From assembly GCA_046498225.1 (NCBI GenBank), contig JAWOBF010000149.1, positions 1-14,121 on the forward strand: a stretch of DNA of 14,121 bases, read 5' to 3'. The translations under genes and the position numbers were made by a program. Numbering within the stretch: the first letter of the stretch is position 1; every line of letters begins with the position of its first letter. Under the pieces are notes generated by a model. It ran no database searches and was not told the DNA's origin. It worked only from the letters and a program-made list of their open reading frames with translations. The stretch is from Candidatus Aegiribacteria sp. Its GTDB lineage: Bacteria > Fermentibacterota > Fermentibacteria > Fermentibacterales > JCC-6. Shown one piece after another: positions 7,800 to 14,121 of this stretch.

Positions 7800-7966
7800 T
7801 GAACCTCTCCTTGTATGGTGCCGGTCAGACTACCTCAGGAGCATAGAGGATATTATCACCTTCATCAAGAAGCGGCTTCCGCCCGGCTGGCAGGGTCCCG
7901 TATCCATTATGCTTGTTCCCTGTCCCGCAGAGTATTATTTAAGACCGAAAGCGGACGGGGGTTCCC

Positions 7967-8302
7967 ATGAAAGCGTTCAAGACAGTTCTTTCGGTGCTGG
8001 GCGCAGTTACGGTGTTCCTGGGTCTTGTGTTCCTCATCGGGGGAAGACCGGCCACCGGCGGAGTGATACTGGTCACCGGGGGGCTGCTGGTCGTGCTGGG
8101 GCTGAGGAACCCGCGGACGAGGAACGTAATCGTCAGACATGAGCTGGAGCTCACCGGGGACATGAGCCTGGAAAATTTGAAATGCAGACAGTGCGGAGCG
8201 TCCCTCTCCCCTGAGAGCACTTCGCTGAGGGAGGGGACTGTTTTCGTGTCCTGCCCCTACTGTCACAGTGACTACCAGATGGAGGAAGCGCCGAAATGGT
8301 AA
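7967..8302 (+). CDS. Small membrane protein with two TM helices and a C-terminal zinc ribbon
   Basis: Two hydrophobic helices, then CRQCGASL...SCPYC. Its stop overlaps the next start (ATGGTAA, 8296-8302). Confidence 0.85.
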   Translation: MKAFKTVLSVLGAVTVFLGLVFLIGGRPATGGVILVTGGLLVVLGLRNPRTRNVIVRHELELTGDMSLENLKCRQCGASLSPESTSLREGTVFVSCPYCHSDYQMEEAPKW

Positions 8303-9840
8303 GGGTTTTTCTTCTGCTGCTGTGCGCCGCCTGGGCCTCTCCTGGGCAGAACTACAGCTTCTCCGTACCGGAATTCATCTGCAGCGTAGAGGTGAACCGG
8401 GACAGAAGCCTGAACATCAGCTACGACATTCTCTTCGAATGTTCGGAGGGCTACAGCCCGGTGGACATAATAGACATTGGTTTCCCATCGGAGGACTTTC
8501 AGCTTCTGGACATACAGGCGTCTATTGACGGGCACTCCCTGAAGGGAATCTACCATTCGACCTATATTGACAACGGTGTGGAGGTCCATCTGCGGGAACA
8601 TTCCATCATGGGTGGTGACAGCGGACGGTTCCGCCTGACGGGCATCAACCGGGACATGGTCTTCCTCGACACCGGGGAAGACGACTACGCCTCGATGGAG
8701 TTCTCCCCCACATGGTTCGAGGGTGGGCTCCTGTCGGGTGAGAGCGATTTCACGCTGACCGTTGTTTTCCCTCCCGGAGCCGACCCCCGGAATGTTCGTT
8801 ACCATGACATTCCCTTCACCTCCTCACACACGGACGCGGACGGCCGTTTCGCCTACCAGTGGCGGGAAAAGAGAAGGATGGACTCCCCCTACCGGGTCGG
8901 TGTCTCCTTTCCGGCCGGCCTGGTGGAAGGTCCCCTGGCCGAAAGGCCCAGGGAGCCGGTCATAAGCGGGGAGGCTCTTACTCTCCTTTTGATCATTGGA
9001 ACCTTCTTTCTGGTCTTCGGCGTGATGATTTTCGTCATAGTCAAAGCGGTCATAAAATCCAGAAAGCGCATGGAGGAGTACCTTCCGCCCAAGCTGGGGC
9101 TGGAGGGCTCGGGAGTCAGGAGGGGGCTCACGGCTCCCATGGCCGCGCTCCTCCTCGAAACGAAGCTTGACCGTGTCCTCACGCTCATCGTCTTCGGCCT
9201 TCTGAAGAAAGGCGAGCTCCAGCTGGACGGGAACAGGTTGAAGAGAGCGGGCTCGGTCGAAGGGCTCAGAAGCTACGAGAAGGAGCTGATGGAACTGATA
9301 CCCCCGGAAGGCAGGGGCAAGCCCATATCCAGGGAAGATATGAAAAGGATCTTCCTCGGAATGATAGAGGAGCTGGAGAAGAAGATGGAGAACTACTCCC
9401 TGAAGGAGACCCGGGAGTACTACAGGAGCATAATCGAGAGCGCCTGGAGGATGGCGTCGGCCGACAACTCCGCCGGGAAGGCGGGGGAGATTCTTGGAGA
9501 CCGCTTTCACTGGATGCTGGCCGATGAGAATTTCAGTGAAAGGGTCGGCAGTCTGCCGGAGGGACGCAGCGCACTGCTGCCGATATACATGCGGGGATTC
9601 ATGGGAAGTGGGGGCAAGTCAGCGTCGGCGGGCGGTATCGGCCTGAGAGAAGCCTGCTCTCAGCTGGCGGGCGTTCTGGAGAACGCCGCCGGCAGGACCG
9701 TGAGCAGGATTTCCTCCCTCTCCAGGATAGTGACGGCGAAGACAAATCCGGTTCCGGTATCCAGCAGGAGCAGTTCCGGCGGCAGCTGCGCATGCGCCTG
9801 CGCCGGGTGTGCCTGCGCCTGCGCCGGCGGGGGGAGGTAG
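8296..9840 (+). CDS. Single-pass membrane protein (DUF2207-like architecture) with Cys-rich C-terminal tail SCACACAGCACACAGGGR; candidate radical SAM substrate
   Basis: Signal peptide MVRVFLLLLCAAWAS, beta-rich ectodomain, TM helix followed by KAVIKSRKR, helical cytoplasmic region, Ser/Gly linker, then (CACACAG)x2-GGR encoded at 9787-9837. Confidence 0.88.
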   Translation: MVRVFLLLLCAAWASPGQNYSFSVPEFICSVEVNRDRSLNISYDILFECSEGYSPVDIIDIGFPSEDFQLLDIQASIDGHSLKGIYHSTYIDNGVEVHLREHSIMGGDSGRFRLTGINRDMVFLDTGEDDYASMEFSPTWFEGGLLSGESDFTLTVVFPPGADPRNVRYHDIPFTSSHTDADGRFAYQWREKRRMDSPYRVGVSFPAGLVEGPLAERPREPVISGEALTLLLIIGTFFLVFGVMIFVIVKAVIKSRKRMEEYLPPKLGLEGSGVRRGLTAPMAALLLETKLDRVLTLIVFGLLKKGELQLDGNRLKRAGSVEGLRSYEKELMELIPPEGRGKPISREDMKRIFLGMIEELEKKMENYSLKETREYYRSIIESAWRMASADNSAGKAGEILGDRFHWMLADENFSERVGSLPEGRSALLPIYMRGFMGSGGKSASAGGIGLREACSQLAGVLENAAGRTVSRISSLSRIVTAKTNPVPVSSRSSSGGSCACACAGCACACAGGGR

Positions 9841-9841
9841 C

Positions 9842-11161
9842 ATGTTCCGAAACCTGAAGGAAGCCGGAAAGCGTATCGCGCCCCGGGGTATCCATCATTT
9901 CCCGCAGGAGAGGCACAGGCTTCATCTCCGGGTCGAGGAATCGGGAAGCGGCCTTCTCACCGTGGACGCGTCCAGGGTCATACACCTCAATCCGGTGGCG
10001 GTGGACATGAGCTGGCTGATCCTGTCCGGTCTTTCCGACAGGGATATCCTCTCCAGCCTCAGGAGCCGCTACCTGGTCAGGAGGAAGCGGGTTGCCGGGG
10101 ACCTGCAGGAGTTCAGGAAGGTGCTGGACGGAATCCTGGAAACAGGGGCCGGAGAACCGATATCTTTTTTCAACATGGAGATAACAGAGCCCTTCCAGGC
10201 CCGGGTCAGTGCGCCATACAGGATGGACCTGGCCCTGACCTACAGGTGCAACCTGAAATGCGGCCACTGCTACAATCGTGCGACGGACAAACCGGAGCTT
10301 TCCACCACCAGCTGGAAAGAGGTCCTGGACAGGATCTGGGGCCTGGGCGTCCCCCACGTGATATTCACCGGGGGAGAAGCCACGCTCCGGGAGGACCTGC
10401 CCGAATTGATCGCTCACGCGGAAACCCTGGGAATGGTCACCGGTCTGCTGACCAACGGCGTGCGGCTGGCGGACGGGAAGTACCTGGAAGGGCTTGTGAA
10501 GGCGGGGCTGGATCACGTTCAGATAACACTCGAATCGGCGGACAGGGATATCCATAACGGAATGACCGGAGCTGACAGCTTCGACAGCACCGTCGCCGCC
10601 ATCGGGAACTCCATCGGGTCGGGTATCCACACCATCACCAACACAACGATCACCGGAAGGAACGCGGACGGTATGACGGACACCATCCGTTTCGCCGGGG
10701 GGATGGGGCTGAAGACCGTTGCGGCCAACGCCGTCATTCCCAGCGGCAGGGCCCTGGAGGGAGACCACGCGGTATCCCTTCAGAAGCTGGGATCGGTAAT
10801 ACTGGCCATGAACGAGGAACTGGATGAGCTGGGCATGCGTCTAATATGGTACTCGCCCACCAGGTACTGCGGCTTCAACCCGATGGAGTTCGACCTGGGA
10901 GAAAAGAGGTGCACCGCGGGAGAGTACAATCTCTGCGTGGAGCCGGACGGAGAGGTTCTGCCCTGCCAGAGCTGGTACGAATCCGCCGGGAACATACTTG
11001 CCGACCCCTGGGATTCCATCTGGAACAGCAGCCTCCTGCTGTCCGCGAGGAACAGGGAATGGGCGGACGAGGAATGTTCGGAATGCGTCCACTTCAGCCT
11101 CTGCGGAGGCGGATGCCCCCTGGAGAGGAACCATGCGGGACCCTGCCGCGACTCCGTGTAG
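9842..11161 (+). CDS. Radical SAM/SPASM enzyme with N-terminal PqqD-like RiPP recognition element (peptide/protein maturase)
   Basis: GGAGG then ATG at 9842. CNLKCGHC (10247-10270), FTGGEA and LLTNG. SPASM: CTAG...PDGEVLPC...GNI...CSECVHFSLCGGGCP...C. N-terminal LNPVA...G.S..DI...L..RY.V......DL.EF pattern of PqqD folds. Confidence 0.92.
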   Translation: MFRNLKEAGKRIAPRGIHHFPQERHRLHLRVEESGSGLLTVDASRVIHLNPVAVDMSWLILSGLSDRDILSSLRSRYLVRRKRVAGDLQEFRKVLDGILETGAGEPISFFNMEITEPFQARVSAPYRMDLALTYRCNLKCGHCYNRATDKPELSTTSWKEVLDRIWGLGVPHVIFTGGEATLREDLPELIAHAETLGMVTGLLTNGVRLADGKYLEGLVKAGLDHVQITLESADRDIHNGMTGADSFDSTVAAIGNSIGSGIHTITNTTITGRNADGMTDTIRFAGGMGLKTVAANAVIPSGRALEGDHAVSLQKLGSVILAMNEELDELGMRLIWYSPTRYCGFNPMEFDLGEKRCTAGEYNLCVEPDGEVLPCQSWYESAGNILADPWDSIWNSSLLLSARNREWADEECSECVHFSLCGGGCPLERNHAGPCRDSV

Positions 11162-11804
11162 GGAGGAAGCGCTTCGAGGAATATACCGAAGGCAGTTCCG
11201 GGAGCTGACTCCTCTGCGGGAACATATTCTCTCCCTGCTCCCGCTTGACAGTATTGAGAGTATCTTCGAACCCGGCTGCGGGACCGGGCTGCTTGGAAGC
11301 GAACTGCAGTCCCTCACGGAGGCTGATTACACCGGAATGGACATCGACGGGAACATGATTCCCCGCAGCGTGGGATTCATCGAGGGCGACGCGGTGGCCG
11401 ACCCGCTTCCCGCGGATCTGTACGTGACGGGTTTCTTCTTCTCCAGCGTGGGGGACCCTGGAAGCTGGCTGGCGAAGGTAAGGGAACGCATCTCCCCGGG
11501 CGGCCTGTTCGCGGTTTTCGCCGAGTACGACTACCTGGCCGTGAGGGAGGAGCCTGACACCGGCCTTGCCGGAGTATTGCGGGAGAGCCTGGAGAAGGAC
11601 GGACTTGTCACCTCCCACGGAGGAAAGCTGGACCTGTTCTTCCGGAAGACGGGTTTTCTGAAGCTGCATGGCGGGGATGTCATCGGGAAACTTCAGAGAC
11701 CGGACAAGGATTTTCTCGAGATGCACGCGCCCCGATTCACCGGGGAGGCGCCCCTCATGTCATGGCGGGTCGTATGGGGAGTATGGAAGAAAGACGGACC
11801 GTAA
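11133..11804 (+). CDS. Class I SAM-dependent methyltransferase
   Basis: IFEPGCGTG motif I, YTGMDID motif II, EGDA, and PGGLF. ATG at 11133 with GGAGAGG overlaps the radical SAM 3' end by 29 nt. Confidence 0.85.
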   Translation: MRDPAATPCREEALRGIYRRQFRELTPLREHILSLLPLDSIESIFEPGCGTGLLGSELQSLTEADYTGMDIDGNMIPRSVGFIEGDAVADPLPADLYVTGFFFSSVGDPGSWLAKVRERISPGGLFAVFAEYDYLAVREEPDTGLAGVLRESLEKDGLVTSHGGKLDLFFRKTGFLKLHGGDVIGKLQRPDKDFLEMHAPRFTGEAPLMSWRVVWGVWKKDGP

Positions 11805-11851
11805 CTGACCCCGGGCGGGTTCCGGCCTGCGGTAATGAAAGGGGAACTCAA

Positions 11852-13300
11852 TTGAGAACTGTGACTCGCTGCCTAGCTGCAGCCGCGCTGTTCACGGCGA
11901 CACTTGCGGGATGTGGAGAGCGGGGGACCACCGAACTCCTGCTCGACCGGATGCCATCGGGATACGCCGCCTGCATCACCTTCGATCCCTCCGAGACAGG
12001 GATGACGGAGCTGCTTGACATGCTGGCCGATTCCTACGGGGCGGACATGGACCTCCGGGAGGCGCAGGCGGCCCTCGGCTTCTCCCCGCTGGACTGGGAA
12101 GGCTGGTCGTCGAACCTGTCGCTGAGGGAGGGAGAGGAACTGGGTATACTCCTGGGCACAACCGGAGGGGACCCCGACATCGTGGTTCTCTATCTGCCCT
12201 CGAACGACCGGGACAAGGTGGACGGGATATTTCAGGCCGCCCGTACGCAGGGAGGCCTGGAGGTCGTGTGTGAGCAGGACGGGAACTACGTAACCGTGGC
12301 CATGGCCCGGCGGAGCAATGAGATGCAAGCGTTCAGGGAAGCAGCCGGCTCGCCGCTGAGAGAGAACGGGAGGTTCTCTGACCTCAGGTCCCGAATTGGC
12401 GGTTTCGACGCTCCGGCGGTGGAGGTATGGGTGGACGGCTCGCAGCTTCCCGATACCAGGGGAATGAATGCTCTTCTGGCATCGATCTCCGCCAGGAACG
12501 GCACGCTTATGTTCAGATGGGCAGCGGGCATAGAACGGAGTGAATTCGAGGAAATGGCGGAGTTGACGGGCGACGGACCGTCAGGGGATGCCACCTTCCC
12601 ACATGACGCCCTCGGCGCCTTCAGGATAACTCTGGACCCGAACGTACTGGGCGGAATGCTCGAAGGTCAGGTTCCTTCCGATGCCCTTATGGCGCTTGGC
12701 GTACTGGGTTTCAGTTCCGCGGACGAACTGCTGGCCATGTTCTCCGGCGACGTATGGTTCGCGATGACGGCCGAAGGCGGCGGTTATTCCGGGGCGATTT
12801 CCCTTGGTCTGAAGGACCTGGACGCCGCGGGGGAGTTCATGACCCAGCTCACCGCTCTTGCGGGGATGGCGGGCGCCGGTGATGGCGTTCGAACATTCTC
12901 CTTCAGCGGCTCGCAGGCCCTGGAAATCCAGGGCGAGTCCATTCCCGGTGTGGACGGCATACAGATCGGGATCGTTGGCGGCAGTCTCGTGGCGGCGGGC
13001 GGGTGGACGCTGCAGCAGGTGGAGGATGGGGATGAATTTTCAGCCATGCTGGAAGGTTCCGGACTGGACATGAATGATCAGGGCCCGTTCGTCATGTACC
13101 TGGACATCGGCCGACTTGCGGAGAACCTCGGACTGGAAAGGGAGCCCGGCCTGCCCGGTCCGGGGAGCATGGGAGCGTTGGCTTTCTCCAGCAGTCTGAC
13201 CGAAGGATCAGTGGCAGTGGGCGCGGGCGCGTTGGACACCGGTTCCGAAAACCCGTTCCTGTTCATCATCGGAATATTGACAAGGCTGGGTTCAATGTGA
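11852..13300 (+). CDS. Lipoprotein of unknown function (possibly DUF3352-like)
   Basis: TTG start at 11852 after AAGGGG gives MRTVTRCLAAAALFTATLAG-C with lipobox LAGC. Long acidic, Gly-rich alpha/beta body. Confidence 0.75.
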   Translation: MRTVTRCLAAAALFTATLAGCGERGTTELLLDRMPSGYAACITFDPSETGMTELLDMLADSYGADMDLREAQAALGFSPLDWEGWSSNLSLREGEELGILLGTTGGDPDIVVLYLPSNDRDKVDGIFQAARTQGGLEVVCEQDGNYVTVAMARRSNEMQAFREAAGSPLRENGRFSDLRSRIGGFDAPAVEVWVDGSQLPDTRGMNALLASISARNGTLMFRWAAGIERSEFEEMAELTGDGPSGDATFPHDALGAFRITLDPNVLGGMLEGQVPSDALMALGVLGFSSADELLAMFSGDVWFAMTAEGGGYSGAISLGLKDLDAAGEFMTQLTALAGMAGAGDGVRTFSFSGSQALEIQGESIPGVDGIQIGIVGGSLVAAGGWTLQQVEDGDEFSAMLEGSGLDMNDQGPFVMYLDIGRLAENLGLEREPGLPGPGSMGALAFSSSLTEGSVAVGAGALDTGSENPFLFIIGILTRLGSM

Positions 13301-13315
13301 ATGGTTTCAGAAGGT

Positions 13316-13975
13316 TCAGGCCGGCTCACGGCAGGTGAAGCCTCTTACCAGGGTCTCCACCAGGCTGTGGCATATCTCCGGCAAATCCCCGGCTCGATCC
13401 TTCTCCGAGCTGTTCGACAGGTTGTGGAGCCTGCCGCCGTCACCGGCCATCCTGACCGCTCCGCCTATCAGGAGCATGGAGAGGCCGTGGAGTGAAGACC
13501 AGGCTACGTTCGCCATTCCCAGCGGGTTCGATCTTTTGAAGGCGTTCTCGTTCTGACAGCTGATAATGCATTCCACTATTCGGGAGAATGCTCTCTCCGC
13601 GGAATCGGTGAGTTCGGGGACCGGGGCCCCGCCGGCCAGTTCGAAGCCGAACATGAGTGTATACAGCCTGGGACTGTTCACGGCGAAGCGGACGTAGGCG
13701 CATGAGCAGAGGCGAAAACGCTGGATAGGTGAGACCTCTTCCTCCGGCAGGCAGACCAGGGTGTCCCCGAGCCTGTTGAACCCTTCTGCCGCCACCGCTC
13801 CAAGCAGGGCTGTCTTGTCCTGGAAATGCCTGTAGGGAGCCGACCGGGAGACGCCTACCTTCCTGCTCAGATTCCGCATGGTGAGGTTTTCCATTCCCTC
13901 CTCCTCCAGAAGAAGGGACGCGGCTTTGACCAGCATGCTCCTCAGGTCTTCGTGATGATATGTCCTCTTGGTCAT
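13316..13975 (-). CDS. TetR/AcrR family transcriptional regulator (WHG-type C-terminal domain)
   Basis: YHHEDLR...LTMRNLSRKVGVSRSAPYRHF HTH, and AWSSLHGL motif. AAGGAG RBS. Confidence 0.93.
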   Translation of the reverse strand: MTKRTYHHEDLRSMLVKAASLLLEEEGMENLTMRNLSRKVGVSRSAPYRHFQDKTALLGAVAAEGFNRLGDTLVCLPEEEVSPIQRFRLCSCAYVRFAVNSPRLYTLMFGFELAGGAPVPELTDSAERAFSRIVECIISCQNENAFKRSNPLGMANVAWSSLHGLSMLLIGGAVRMAGDGGRLHNLSNSSEKDRAGDLPEICHSLVETLVRGFTCREPA

Positions 13976-14005
13976 GTTTTTCTCCTTCGGAGTAAATTAC
14001 GATGA

Positions 14006-14038
14006 AATGTTGACAATGTCAACATTGACCCTTATAAT
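14006..14038 (+). promoter_or_regulatory. Perfect palindromic TetR operator overlapping a consensus sigma70 promoter
   Basis: AATGTTGACA-A-TGTCAACATT (14006-14026). TTGACA (14010-14015), a 17-nt spacer, then TATAAT (14033-14038). Confidence 0.85.
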
Positions 14039-14081
14039 GTCGTCTCAGTTAAATTACCAATGGTCCTATGGAGGTCAGTTA

Positions 14082-14121
14082 ATGTCAGATAATAGTATGC
14101 CATCTTTGAGGATAGGCAGTA
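14082..14121 (+). CDS. 5' end of a gene divergent from TetR (truncated by the window edge)
   Basis: GGAGG at 14070-14074 and ATG at 14082 reading MSDNSMPSLRIGS, downstream of the consensus promoter. Too short to assign a product. Confidence 0.6.
   Translation, partial: MSDNSMPSLRIGS

Noticed and set aside
9787..9828. (TGCGCC)n-like DNA repeat as a microsatellite or CRISPR-like array
   Set aside because: It is explained by Cys-Ala codons with synonymous variation, and has no spacers or cas genes.
9842..11161. Calling the radical SAM PqqE, MftC, AlbA or a heme/NirJ-type enzyme
   Set aside because: None of the cognate partner genes (pqqA-C, mftA/B, ahb/nir) is present, so only the superfamily architecture is supported.
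6310..13071. Long alternative-frame and antisense ORFs (e.g. 6310..7194, 8824..9510, 9599..10768, 11094..11726)
   Set aside because: They overlap well-supported genes, are Arg/Pro/Gly-rich with no motifs, and are the shadow ORFs expected in GC-rich DNA.
14082..14121. Assigning the truncated gene to the nitronate monooxygenase/FabK-like family from MPSLRIG
   Set aside because: Thirteen codons are not enough to support a family call.

Overview
Bacterial window with two parts. The left part (~1-5200) is visibly more AT-rich and all its genes lie on the minus strand. It looks like a decaying accessory island: a deletion-fused HTH-nucleotidyltransferase/HEPN relic, an AAA_14-DUF4143 ATPase, mazF with a doubly frameshifted mazE, a multi-hairpin element with tRNA-like 3' ends, a Fic protein, and small orphan copies of two island genes. 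Two paralogous exported proteins ending in a TWGx(I/L)KGL(Y/F)R motif span the boundary. The GC-rich right part holds a TMTC-like GT-C/TPR glycosyltransferase and, divergent from it, a 5-gene operon whose first four genes are tightly coupled. The operon encodes a membrane zinc-ribbon protein; a single-pass membrane protein ending in SCACACAGCACACAGGGR; a PqqD/RRE-fused radical SAM/SPASM enzyme; a SAM methyltransferase; and a lipoprotein. A TetR gene with its operator/promoter ends the window. The best candidate for an undescribed system is the operon: a RiPP-type maturase set whose apparent substrate is the Cys-rich cytoplasmic tail of a large membrane protein rather than a small free peptide. 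All family calls come from motif recognition by eye; no searches were run.
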